In this document: piece by piece, positions 1 to 12,860 of the stretch | How the letters are laid out: each line of letters begins with the position of its first letter | How positions within the stretch are numbered: the stretch's first letter is position 1 | Assembly: GCA_032718475.1 (NCBI GenBank) | Contig: JAUCBJ010000650.1 | Location: 1 to 56,646, forward strand | Reading direction: 5' to 3' | DNA length: 56,646 bases | DNA from: Nemertoderma westbladi | Lineage: Eukaryota > Animalia > Xenacoelomorpha | Position numbers and translations under genes: made by a program | The notes under the pieces: generated by a model | The model's input: the letters and a program-made list of their open reading frames with translations, nothing else | Database searches by the model: none | Told to the model about the DNA's origin: nothing

Positions 1-2454
1 GAGTGTGAGAATCTCCCATGTATGAGTCAATAGCCGATAAAATTTATAAAATCATGTATAAACGAGATATTGGACCATTAAAGAATTACTATTAAATAGC
101 ATCCCAGATCTGTATGCATTGGAATTACCCTAATTCTACCGCTAGCTTTCCATAATGTCACCATAGTAACACCCACGCTAGAATTAGAAGCAAGTTAAAA
201 AGAACAATAGAAAGCTTGCCCCATTGCATAGTAAGAAATAAATAGCGCACTGCTAGTATCCAAGGATACATAATAATAACGTGGCATTCTGGAAGGCACT
301 GACTAACGGACAAATGGCCCGAGTATGTGTAATTTGTGACAGTTGTGTGTGTGGAATTTGTGAGTTTATAGGCGAATGTTACTACTAAGGTGTGTTTACA
401 GTAGCGAGTCGCAATTGTGAAAGTAACCCTAACTCTCCAGTAAGAACCTGAAGTGTATCTAAGCCTTTGGGACGGACAGTGGAGTGACTCGTGCTAGTGT
501 CGTTGTCGTTGTGTAGCTACACGTTGGCGGAAAACACAGCGACGACGATACATTTGCGCTGAGGATCGTACACTGTCCGGGGGCTGATTGGGGTAGGCAG
601 CGACGCTCGCTAGCCTAATTATAAGCTCATTATAATATTAATAAACTCATATATAGCAGATATAACGGAGTTGATAGAAGATGGTCTTGGTATCGGGGAG
701 CGATATACTCTACCTTTACAAGTGTTTGTTGATAGTTTGATACGCGGCGACGCTAGTCCAACTACTACGGAGGACGATGGTCGTTATATCGAACCGACGA
801 TTTCCTCGAAGCAACTTACGCGTGAATTGGACTATGGAAAATTCACCGCTCGCTACACGCATCGTAATAGTACGTATATGGACTTCTTAACCATTGGCCA
901 TTCTATCGATTCACACGATACGGACTATGTCGAACATATATCCTACCCAGCGGAGTCGGAACGATAAACTGAAATTCGAATGCGAAAATTCTATTCGAAA
1001 TCGACTCGAAAGAAAAGACATTAGAGAGACAAATGGACGCGGTAACTCTAACGTATATTTGGAATTCTTGATAGAAGCATTGTAACAACAAATAAATATC
1101 ATCCGCGTTTCCCCTACCAGACGTGCGTCTTTGGTATTATTACGATAAATGCCCTAGACCCAACTAATAAACGGAAAGACATAAACATCCACGGAAACCG
1201 AAACTTGTTCGACATATCACCTACGCTCGCTCGACTCAGACGATCCTTGAGTAAACCTACGATCATAGTTCCGGAATACTCGGTCAGACCACCTCGTTCC
1301 TTGATTAGACCTCAGACTTTCGATTCTGATGGTATCCCGGATCCTCACGAGCTGTATTCACTGTTCAAAGATCTAGTGCTACCCTAACAATTAATCGGTA
1401 ACACTCCGGCAGCGAGCTCTAGCTAGCCGCCCATCTTACCTAGCCGTATTGGGACGCGGACACCTAATATCACCATTCAACCGTATGGTCGTCCCAGTTT
1501 AACGCGATACAACCCTTCATCAAGGTGAAGGAGAGCGTTGTACGAAACGAGTTAAACGCTATTCTACAAAGATCAGAAAGGAAACCTGCGTTTGTTCAGA
1601 TAAACGTAAGTTATAACAGCAAGTCCAAGCGGTAAACGAATTGGCTTTATCTCAGTTCGATTGGGAAATCTTGAATCTCTAAGAAGATATCGAGCTTAGA
1701 CAACCCTATTCTCTGCGAGAGTTTTGGACGAGCGTGTCCAACGACAAGCGGAGGAAAATCAGCTCGAGGAGAAGCAGATCGAAATGGACGAGACACTGAC
1801 CGTAACCCTAAACCTTCTGATGCAATGGTATTGCACCCTTCACCCAGGAGTTATAGCCCTCCTAGTAAAGTGGCTCGCCCCAAAGAGAAAAGGACTCTTG
1901 CTAGTCTCAAGAAACTGCGTAAACGCCGTCCGCGCAAGAAAAACTAACTGTTTAGAGTATCTTTATATTTTAGAAACTGTGATTTTTATATTTTATAGAC
2001 TAAAATCCCATTTTCTGGGAGCGGTGTAAAAGCTTTTGCGGAATTGCCCGGTTATTTTCCCCGTAAAGTACTCTGTAGTTGGTTTAGCAGGCATAAAAGG
2101 CCGTGTCATTGCTGTACCGGTGTTTTTAGGGGACATAAAAGTTATTTCTTCTGTATGTGTACTTTGGAGGACATGATTAGCAATTCTATGACGCAACGCC
2201 CTAGATCCTCTTGAAACAGTGTCGTTACTATGACGACAGCTAACGGCTGAGCTTTACACGTGTAGCTTGCCCGGAGCCTTGCCTTGGTTCTTTGTTCTGC
2301 TCAGCTCAAAATGACGACATCTATCAGCTGTATCCACGTGGAGCTTTTTGCCATTCGACCAATCAGAGATTCCCTCTTTGTGTAAAAGCTGTACAGCAGA
2401 ATTACAGGATTCAGTACTGACGTTTCCCCCACGCCTAGAACACCGGCCGGGGAA
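1..2454 (+). mobile_element. Probable long 3' internal region of an LTR retrotransposon (only short degenerate ORFs)
   Basis: Lies directly upstream of a PPT-like tract and putative LTR; no recognisable domain in ORFs 671-2029. Confidence 0.3.
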
Positions 2455-3262
2455 TGTTTTCTGACATTAGAGCGTCTTTAATTATAAGATCATCAAACTG
2501 TTATCTTGGTCAACTTGGTTAAGTACTCGGTCTGTCTCGGCATCTGATTAAGCACCCTGACGTAAACTGCTTTTCGCCGCATTATTTACTGCTATTTACT
2601 GTGTTGTTAATTGTATCGTTCGTTTACATATTATTATTGGGAAGAATATTGATAACGATCCGAAAACCCAATCTTCTTGATACACTAAGGTTAGAGAGAC
2701 CGGTTACATATAACAATTTGCGACATACATTATCGTGGTTTGTAGTGAGTTCAATGCTACTTAATAGGCCCTACAAATGTCGGTTGTTATTCTCTTTATA
2801 TATGATTAAAATCAGTGAATGTCGGCAATTCAGTGTGCAGTTGTGTGCAATAGTCTGTGTGTGCTTGACCGAGTAACAAAGCATTTCCTAAAGAATGCAC
2901 TTTGGTGATCTATAAGACATACTGTTGTGTATAGTGTAAGTCATAGCTCTGTTTAAATAGATAGAGCGCCACGTCCTAAAGGAACTGCTAATATTTCCCG
3001 AAAGTGAATAATATTCGTCAGAGATTATATATTAACGATCAATCGAATAGTACGGTAGGCCTGCACCGCAATCAAATTAAAGCATCCAAATCCAGTCTCC
3101 CGGGTATATCCAGCGGGTGAATGGTCGCGCACAGACTGGCTTTGGCTAATGTTAGAATTATTATAGGTGTTCAATACTTGTCATAGGCTGGAGTAGATTT
3201 ATAACCTAGAAGACATATAGATTTGGCGGGTTAAACTGCCAAAGGTCTTAAAAGCGCGAACA
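2455..3262 (+). mobile_element. Putative 3' LTR, BEL/Pao-like (TGT...ACA)
   Basis: GGCCGGGGAA purine tract immediately before TGTTTT at 2455; TATA-like TTTAAATAG near 2952; ends GCGCGAACA at 3262 where a satellite starts abruptly; partner LTR not in window. Confidence 0.45.
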
Positions 3263-4000
3263 AAGGCCTCTTAATTGTTTCAACAATTCGTGTTTTCAGA
3301 ACAGAAATTCAGAACAGTTTCAAAACCTTTTACAGTTTCAAAGCATTTCACATGCTGCGCAAAGGCCTGGACAATTTCGCAGCTATTTCAGTATTTATCA
3401 AGCTGCACAAAGGCCTCTGAACTATTTAAACAGCTCATTTCAGCCTTTATCATGCTTTACGAATTCCTTTTAACAGTTTCAACAGCTGTTTTCAGCCTTT
3501 CTCATGCTGCATGAAGGTCTCTGAACAGTTCTAACAGCTATTTCCAACATTTCTCATGTTCCACGAAGCCCCCGGAACAATTTCAACTTTTCTTTTCAGC
3601 ATTTATCATGCTGCATGAAGGATTCTGAACAGTTTTATGAACTCTTTTCAGCATTTCTCATGCCGCACGAGGGCTTTTAACAGTTTCAACAGCTCTTTTC
3701 AGCATTTCTCATGCTGCACGAATGCCTCTGAACAGATTCGACAGCTAGTTTCGGCATTCCCAAATTGCACGAAGTCCTCTGAACAACTTCAAATGTTATT
3801 TTCAGCATTTATCATGCTGCCTTGAGGACTCTGAACAGTTTTATCAGCTCTTTTCAGTATTTCTCATGCTGCATGAAGGCCTTTTAGCAGTTTCAACAGC
3901 CCTTTTCAGCATTTATCATGCTGCATGAGAAGGACTCTGAACAGTTTTATCAGCTCTTTTCAGTATTTCTCATGCGGCATAAAGGCCTTTTAGCAGTTTT
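3263..4000. repeat. Degenerate minisatellite, unit about 51 bp
   Basis: Repeated TTTTCAGCATTT(C/A)TCATGCTGCA(C/T)GAAGG...CTGAACAGTTT..CAGCTC. Confidence 0.9.
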
Positions 4001-4002
4001 TG

Positions 4003-4735
4003 GACTCAGCACCATCGTTTCTACAAAAATTATGCAGCCGATTTTTTAAATTATTAATTTTTAAGTAAATTTATTAAATTTATTAACTAAAATTAATAAA
4101 ATTAATTAAAATTTTCAATAATATTAAAAAAAAATTTTTTTTCAAAAAAGTGCTGTATAATTTTTCAAGATGTTCAAAAAAACCTTTCAAACGAGCCATA
4201 AATTATCGAATTTGGGTGAAAAACGGCGGAGGAGTAGTATTTTGAAAAATGGAAATATCGTGAAATGATAATTCCGAGATAATTTGCTTTAAAGTTTGAA
4301 CCTTCCCGCTCAAACCTGACTGTCTGTAGTCTGTTAATCGGTCAGTAATGTTTGACACTATGGCTTCATACCAACTCACTAAAATTATCAATATGGGGGT
4401 TTTCGGGGTCGGTGATTTCATTTCTGATGTCAGTTTTAATGTTTGGTGGCATCTAATATGTCTGTCTGACAGCATGTCTGTCTGTCTGTCTTCTAAATTT
4501 TGACGGACAAACTGATAGACGGAAAGACAGCGATAACTCGAGAACTAAAAAAGATCTCGCCAAACTGTTTAAGATTTGAACTCCCCATTAAATTCTGCAT
4601 CAGTAATAAAAACCAAAAATGTGAAAATTTTACCCAAGGAGGGGGTACCCCCCCCCCCCCCCCCCCCCCCCCCCTTAAAACCCTAAGGCTTTTACACTTG
4701 TGAATCTAATCACATGAAAGTTTTTTTATATGATT
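4003..4735 (-). mobile_element. Unclassified non-autonomous interspersed repeat (possibly Helitron/HINE-like); boundaries approximate
   Basis: Non-coding; (CTGT)n microsatellite, poly-C run and sharp compositional edges. Confidence 0.3.
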
Positions 4736-6530
4736 GATAAGTCCAGTAGTATACCGCCTACCGAATCCTAGTAACGAAATACCTTACTGTAGAATCCAGC
4801 AGTGTACACGGGTTCGTACAGTATCTCACAAGAAATCCCAGTCCAGGGTGTCTAAATGAACAGATACCAAGTACACAAACTACTACTGGCGAGGAACGGA
4901 GCCTGATGTCTCTTCTAATACTTGGGCGAATCAATTGCCCGGGCTAACTAGACAAACAGGATGCCCGGCCTCTAACCGGTGAGGTAGATGTACAGTCAAC
5001 AGATACAGACCAAACTTACGGGAAAATAATCCCCGCGTAGCGAATCCTAACTATCGCTATTGGACCTAAATACTGTAAACTTGCCGCGGTGTGATTTATA
5101 TGGGTATAATACGAGCTAGCAGGTCAACAATACTAGCGTAAGAAACAATACTACCCGACAGGAAAGGCAGTCAAAAGGGTGCCTGAGTAAAACAATTACC
5201 AAATATCTCTACAAATAATAATAACCTATCTGTAAACCGGTAGATCTCAAGACGCGTGTGTGTGTGTGTGTTACGATAAAACAATTATACTAGGTTTTGG
5301 TGATTTTAACAAAAATAACAATATTGGGCGCTAGCTACTTGAATAAGCTAGTCGCACGCTGCAGGCGCAATACTTACAAACTGACGTCAAATGGGCTCTC
5401 TCCTCCTATATTCACAACTCAGGTCGGGCAATTACGGTGTTAGTAACTACGCCCGTGATCGGCACTGATACCAGATTGTGATTGTGAGATAAGGAAATAG
5501 GGTGTTAATTTACTACCGTACGTCTAGCTGATCTGGTATGTAATTTGATTCTAGAATTTTGTTACTGCGGTGGTCTGCAGTAAATACCTATCAGTACGTG
5601 GCGAGGGCGCGGTAGATTGTTAGTAAACCTCCCTTAGCCAAATGCGTGCCGGTAGCAAAAAGCTGCCTCTTGCCTGAGCAAATACATTGGTCTCAGACAG
5701 GTCAGTCAAACTGCAAGGCCTACAGAGCTGACCGGTACTGTACCGCTAGTATGGGAAATCACCAAATTATAGAGCGTGCTATTTGCACCTAGTGTACTTG
5801 CACGTACTGACAAACAGCAATAGCTCGCACCTGTACAGGTTGACCCGGGTTTTTCCTGTCTGAATCTGAGATATTTGGTCCTAAATTTTACGGCGTCCCA
5901 GGACGGCGTTCCGCTTCACCCTGATCTAAGGAACTTACGGCGGGCAAAGGCGTCGAACAAAGTCTTACCTCCTTTGACGTGGGCGTACTCAGGCAATAGA
6001 GTCATGCTTCCAAATGGGCGTGGGCGAAGATAGTGTGGGCTGCTTTATGCGTCGTGGACATCCCCTTGCGTTGCTGTGGGCTAAAGGTTTAGGCAACCAT
6101 TCCCCACAGTGTTTGGCTGTCCAAGGTAGATACGCTAAAAGCTACATGTTCTGAGTTTGCAGTATATTTTAACGTAAATGACAAAAGATTTATCGAATTT
6201 AGACTAAAACTTAAAACTAAAGAAGTAAAACTAAAAACGGTAAACTAAAGACTGAATTGTTAAGGTATTAGTGATAACAAGACTAATGAGACTGAATAAG
6301 ACTGAATTGTAAAGGTATTCGTGATAACCGGAGGGAATGGCACCTTATATAGCAAATCCTAAGCATGGAATCCACTAGAACATTCTACCACATTCTATGA
6401 GCTCGCATTGGACCAATAAATCATCAAATGCCCTACGATTGGCCCAACTAATCTGTCCATGTGTTGTACGCACTCCATTGGCATATCTAGTAAGGTGAAA
6501 CCGAAAATAAATAGCACAAAATGTAAATTT

Positions 6531-6602
6531 CACTGACCCAGATTCGAACTCTTAACCTACCTAGGATGTAACATGCACCTTAACCTATTGGACCACTGCG
6601 CC
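6531..6602 (-). ncRNA. tRNA-derived sequence (SINE head or tRNA pseudogene)
   Basis: Minus strand GGCGCAGTGGTCCAATAGGTTAAGG (A box) ... GAGTTCGAATC (B box); cloverleaf imperfect. Confidence 0.55.
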
Positions 6603-8033
6603 AGCAGAAACCCATGCCAAATTATAACTAGAGTAGGTTATATGCAAATTATAACAAACCATAAAGCAAGGCAAATGCGTTGGATTTTTGAAAGTTTTTA
6701 CGTATTACTAATTACAAATGGCTATCTAGTATTGAAATAATCCCACACTGCTCCATGAAAACACTAAGTAAGACTGTTTTCACCAATCGAAAATATAAAA
6801 TAATAACTAAAAAATATTCTAAATCTAGTGTAGGGCGTAAAATATAAAATAATCACTGCTTGGGTCTTATTGCATACAAGATAGATATTGCAAATATTAC
6901 GTAAATACAAAACTTTCATACATACATACATACAAATACGGATTTACTATCTAATTTATCAAGGCTTGGTGCATAAAATATAAAAACTCCCATCATCAGT
7001 TATCCGAATATAAAGAAATTAAGGCAAATAATTTCAAAACGTACATAATAATACATAATACATAATATATTTACCAAATTAAATCAATCCAAATATAAAC
7101 AAAACACAATAATCTAAAATAATTCCTAAAATGTCCTCCCGACGATCTTAAAGTTCGTCCTGCTGGTCTCTAGTCCACATCTCTGAGCGCTAATGCTAAC
7201 GACAGGCTCGCAAGCCTTCCTTTCTCCACAATCTCGCTCCTCAATGCCAACGGTAGGCTCGCAAGCCTTCTTTCCTCCACAACCTCGCTCTTCAACATTT
7301 TGTCAAGAGAGCTCGACCTCGCCCTTTAATACGATTGGGGGGTGGCTGAGGGTGAACTGGGCTTGGGCTCCTGCGTCGAGCTGTCTGTGGTTCTAGAACG
7401 CTGGGAAATGGGATGACTGGCGTCTCACACATCCGTCGGGCGCTCAATCCACGAAATCCTTGTCCGATCCCAATCTTTCGCTTAGTCGGATCAGATGAAG
7501 CATCTGCGACGCTTGGAGGGAGTTTGAGAGGCAGAACTAAACCATCCGCTGACACCTCACTCTTAGAAGTCGTCTGAACCCTCATGGGTTCGGGCAAAGC
7601 GAACCCTGTCCCTCCGCGCGGTTCTCTAGGAAGGGAAACGGTGCCTCGGGTCATCCGGATCTGCGATTTAGAAGTCGTCCACTCGGCGATATTTACCATC
7701 TTCTTGATCTCCTTGCTGGCCTTTTGGGTGTTAAGTATGCTTTTAAGTATGCTGGGGGTGGCGTATTTTTTCCAGCAACGGTGTCGCCTTAAAATCAGTT
7801 TCGCGTAAAACGTCCGCTTCTTATAGTATACATGAGGTCAGGTCATGCGCTTGTGGTAGAATGCGCTCCGGTATGCCCAAGCAATAGAATGCCAGGCTCC
7901 CCGATTTCGCTGTTCGACTCGCAACTTTTCGAACTCTCCGGCGGTTATCCGGTTCACCACAGTTTGAAAGTTCCAAGTATTCTTGTTATCTGGGTGAACT
8001 TGGAGGAAATAATCGCGTACCACTTTAAATCCG

Positions 8034-9167
8034 CTATCTAACGGCAATATGTCGAGTACCTCCAATAATTCGTCGTATTGAGGCATCGCTGATACGTACC
8101 CCTCCTTCGACATTATTAGAGGGTTGACAGAATCCCAGATGTGATCTCATAGGGAAACGTCGTTGCTGCGTCGACACATGCTTGACCGCTAGGTCCTCCC
8201 AATGGTCTAATAGCTGCTGCATTATCTTCACCGACATATGCTCGTATGGGACGTCTCGGAGTTGACATTCCGACGTTCTGTGTCCTTTGATGTTACAGGA
8301 GGTGCATTGAGCCACAAAGCACCAACAGGTGTAGAAAGTGTGGGACCACTGCTCCCCACACCAGTTGCACACTAAATCCGGTAGAGAGATATGCTTAGCT
8401 CCACATTTCTTGGCGTGATGCCCTGTAGCCCCACATCTGCCACAAATGGTGTTGGCAGGGTACCAAAAGCGTTTGTAGATGAGGTCTCCTATATGGCGAG
8501 CGCTACCGTCCATGTGATAGTCTTCATCACCGGGATCAGTCGGTATGTTCATCTCCGTGGGTTGTACGCAAACCATGGCGTCGCTCTTCTCAAGCTCGCG
8601 GATCTCGGTTCGCGTCTTCCTCGGAAGATTTTCCTCTATCTCAATAACTTGCCGCAATGGCTCGTCGATTATCGTGGACTCGGTCGGATCTTCATCGGGA
8701 TGATGAACGGTAGGCAAGCCCGCCTTCCATGATCCTTCCAGGTCCTTAATCTCCACGTGGCATTCCCCGTCATAGGGTACTAACGTTAACATCAACGGTC
8801 TGTCGACAAGACTTCCCGCGTGAGTGAGATAAACGTCGCAAAAAACGATGAATTCCGCGTGCGTGAAAACATCACAGTGGGCGTCAGTGTTATAGAATGG
8901 TTGAAGGAATCGGCGAAATACTTCCATATGCGTCCTCCCTTCCTCGTAAACTGTATGTCCCTCTCCGAGACATAACGGGTGTCGCTTTAGAGTCCTAGAC
9001 ACTATATCGACGATGAAACATACGTTGACCAATGACTCTATAGCCAAATAATATTGTAGGATTATCCGCGGAGGTGAGGTAATTGCCCAGTATACACACC
9101 CTCTCCATTTCAACTGTGATTCAAACTCGTTGACGTTAGGGGTATCTCCGTCTCCATATACATCCAT
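8034..9167 (-). CDS. 377-aa protein with three CCHC zinc knuckles; putative accessory 3' ORF of a BEL/Pao-type element
   Basis: CGRCGATGHHAKKC, CNWCGEQWSHTFYTC, CTSCNIKGHRTSEC; downstream of the integrase on the same strand; aligns by eye with ORF 31854-32477. Confidence 0.7.
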   Translation of the reverse strand: MDVYGDGDTPNVNEFESQLKWRGCVYWAITSPPRIILQYYLAIESLVNVCFIVDIVSRTLKRHPLCLGEGHTVYEEGRTHMEVFRRFLQPFYNTDAHCDVFTHAEFIVFCDVYLTHAGSLVDRPLMLTLVPYDGECHVEIKDLEGSWKAGLPTVHHPDEDPTESTIIDEPLRQVIEIEENLPRKTRTEIRELEKSDAMVCVQPTEMNIPTDPGDEDYHMDGSARHIGDLIYKRFWYPANTICGRCGATGHHAKKCGAKHISLPDLVCNWCGEQWSHTFYTCWCFVAQCTSCNIKGHRTSECQLRDVPYEHMSVKIMQQLLDHWEDLAVKHVSTQQRRFPMRSHLGFCQPSNNVEGGVRISDASIRRIIGGTRHIAVR

Positions 9168-11695
9168 ATATTTGCTCCTCTAACTCTCCTTATAATCCCA
9201 ACTGAACATAAGGTATGAGATATAGCCGGTTCCAGTTTTGAGCATGTTATACTCCCGGAAATATCCATGCTCTACAGGCCAGAACAACAATGGTCTAGTG
9301 TCCATGTAAGGTGTAGGCAATCGGTCCTCCTCCTCGGGCATCCCAGCGAAATTGCTAATGAGATCGTCCCATATACTGGATCTGATCTTAACGATACTCT
9401 TCTCGAGTATGACGTTGCGCACCACCTTGGGTAACATTCTAGCCTCTATGTTACAAGCTATGTCCATGGATTTTACTATCCGCTTAATCATGGCATGTCA
9501 TTGTGTCATCCCCTCCGGCATCGGCATCTTACGGTCAATCCAATGTTGGCTGAAGACATGTAGCACTCCATCCGGCACTGAAATTTGAATGGTTTTCAAA
9601 GTGAGGGTCTGCTGATGGCTCCCTCCTTTGTTGTCAGAGAACATGTATCCGTTCTCTCTCAGAGATCGACTCGTCGCATCCCAATCATCGAGTAAATCGT
9701 CAGTAGGGTTCCATATCCTTCCGATGGATTTCTCATCATAGACAGGCTAATAGGTTTCCCCGTCCAATGGGTCGCGATGTCGGCGTACCTACATCCGCGT
9801 AAGATATCCTTGCAGGATGCAAGGTGCGATATCCGTCCCCGCGCGATCAACTTCCTTAAAGTCGGTAATATGTGGAGGCACGTTGCGCACGATTTTCTGA
9901 ACTATTATTCTACGCAACTCCGCAGCATCTAACACATCGCCAAACGTTACCGATGGGAGGAAATCCAGGTTCGATATGATCTCCGGATGCTCCACTATAT
10001 AGGGATCTCGTAGGTCGTATCCTCTCTAATCGGTATGCTGATAGGAAAGTTGGTTGTCCTCGCGACCGGTACTACCGCTTGAGTAGAGTGGGGTTGAGGT
10101 TCTCGTCTCATCTCGATGTGAGGTATCTGTAGTCTCTGCGACAAACGTTGAGAGAAGGTAATGCTATCGAAGAGTTTGGGTTACATCTCCTTGGGTTCGG
10201 TTTGATCTTGGGATATCCAATAGAATGGTAGGCTCGCGAGCCTTCCGCCGAACTACTCGATCTCGCCTTTCTTGTATGCCTTGTACGCCCTATATAGGCT
10301 AAGAGCTTCCCTATTCTCCTGTGTCGACTTGTTGGACTCATCTAGTATTATCATACTGTAGATGTCCAGTTCGACTAGTTCGAGTTCGTAAATCACAATC
10401 TCGCCCGCGTTCGGTCCGCTCATCTTGAACGAGTGATATGGATTCGTCAAGGGGTATCCGCCTTCCTGATAACACAGACTCTGGAGGTTTGGGCATCATG
10501 CTAATATTGGCTCGGGGTACTCCGGGTCTAACCGCATAGGGATCATGTTGTCTTTTGCACGCATACATCCTCCACATTTATAGAAGAGTTTATAAATGGA
10601 GAACGCTTCCTTAGTCTCCGGATCTGCTCCTCAGGCGCCTCTACACAGTTGCATAATGTCGAATTCGTCCCTAGCTGCGGGCTCACTCACCATCTGATAT
10701 TGCAGCATGTAGTATAATCGATGTATCTTTGTGTCGGGGTCCTCGCAGATGTCGGTGGTATCACACAACGCATCGTGGGGGTATAGCGCATTAAACTGAG
10801 TGCGTAACTCCTCTGTTCTCTTATTGTAGGCGTTTTATCGCTGTCGCGTAATGTTTGGATCCACCTTTGACTTTGCGACTTGGCCGTACTCCGAACACGC
10901 AAAAGTTCTTGGCTCCATAATGGTTGAACAGTGCCTGGTGCTCCTGTTCTTGCATGAAAACCTGTCGTTTCTCCTTGTGGATCCTCTCTGCCATTATACT
11001 CGTATATATCGGGTATGTATCGTTACGTTTATCTATACCGTTGCGTCTACTAGAGGAAGCACAAACAGAGATTAGATGTGAGGAGACTTAGAGTTTGTCA
11101 GCTTTTGGCTCAACTTTGCTATAAACCCCTACCCATTTGCCTAAGATTTAGGGTTCCGCGTGATTTTGCACTGGCTCCTAATCCAAAAAATGTGCCGATA
11201 AAAAACGATTTCGGGCAAACTAGCGCTGAATCTAAATACTAACTTTTTAATCCCAAACTACTTCCCAAAAAATAAAGCAGTCGAGAATTAGTCAGAGTAA
11301 AAATAAAATAATAGACAGGACTATCAGAACAAGGCTGATTTTTTATTTTTCAAAAAAATATTGGAAGGCTCATAAGCCTTCCATCCGCTCTTGTCCCCCC
11401 ACCCTAATTTTGGTCTCATCCAACCATATCCAAGAATCCGTCCACGGGAGAATCATTTTTCTTAAAAATTCGAAATCCAAATGGATTATCTAAAATTTTT
11501 GAAAAATTGTCTCACTTGTGGGTTCCAAGTGGAATTCCATTCCTTCTGTACACACAAACCCACTCCTATGTGATACATAAGGGTACTACCCTCAATGTTC
11601 AAATATAAAGACAATGGAATTCACCCATGGTCTTTAACCTACAGTGTACAGGAATATGGTAGGACTATGTGGCGACCATCAAGGGTCCCGCATCA

Positions 11696-12860
11696 CTACT
11701 TAAGAGGTTTACATGGAGATTTATAATCTCCCGTCTCGTTTCTAGTCTCATCAAGGCGTACGAGACGTCGTACGGGTCTGTCTACAGTATGTCCATCAAT
11801 TGTCCGTATGGTCACAGTCCGTATTACACCACCTGATGTCGGGTGTGTGGTCGAAGTGACTCCAATCAACCAAAACTGTCGTTTCAAGTTTGTCTCTGCC
11901 AATAATACGTGGTCACCACGCTTCAGACACTGTGTAGTAAGAACCCAGGTGGTCCTGGCTGAAATAGAGGGCAAATAGTGCTTCTGCCATACTTCCCAAA
12001 ACTGATTGGCTAACAACTGAGTGGTTTTCCAAGCTTTGTTGCCGTAATTGTCGCTGTCCATAGGTACATAAGTGGGCAACAGTGTTGTCGGCGCCTGCAT
12101 AAGCAGGTGCGCTGGTGTCAAGGCAAACTGAGATTGTTTGTCGTCTGGAATCAAAGCGGTGGGTCTAGTGTTCAGTACCGCTTTGATTTCTATCAACAAT
12201 GTAGTCAGTTGGTCGTCTGTCAGTATGCATTGCGTAGGTATTACTTTCGCCATTGCCGTTTTGATGGAGCCAATCAATCTCTCCCAAACTCTGCCTCTCC
12301 ACGGACTGTCGGAAGGGTTGAAGTTTCAGACGATCTTGTGGGGACGTAGTTCTTCGGAGAAATGATTGTGGTCCAACTTCTTTAAGGCTCTGGAGATTTC
12401 GTTCCTTGCACCCACAAAGTTGGTCCCTTGGTCGCAATGTATGGATTTCACCAATCCGCGTCTAGCGATAAATCGCCGTAAAGCTAGGATAAAAGCGTTG
12501 GTGGTTAGATCTGTTACTCGTTCAATATGAACTGCTCTACGGGCCATGCAGTCCCCAATGTTTCACCTGTACGCATCCGCGTTTTGCGTTTATAGGTCCA
12601 AAACAGTCAATCCCCACCTCGGTAAATGGGGGTCTAAACGGCTGTAATCTAGCTAGTGGTAGTTCACTCATTTCCTGGCGTCCTATCCTCGCGTGTACCT
12701 TCTTACAGATAATACAGTTGCACGTTACTGAACTCAATGCCTTACTAGGTCTAATTAGTACAAACCTCAAGCGTAAATTTAAAAAACAGTGATGTCTACC
12801 TACGTGTTTGAGTTGTACATCTGTATCCAGTATCATAGCATACTGTAACTCATGGTGTTG
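11696..12860 (-). pseudogene. BEL/Pao integrase (rve core plus C-terminal domain), frameshifted
   Basis: PFTEVGIDCFGP, RAVHIE, RRFIARRG..SIHCDQGTNFVGA, LNTRP, LTPAHLL, FWEVWQKHYL, GDHVLL, RPVRRLVRL spread over three frames. Confidence 0.92.
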
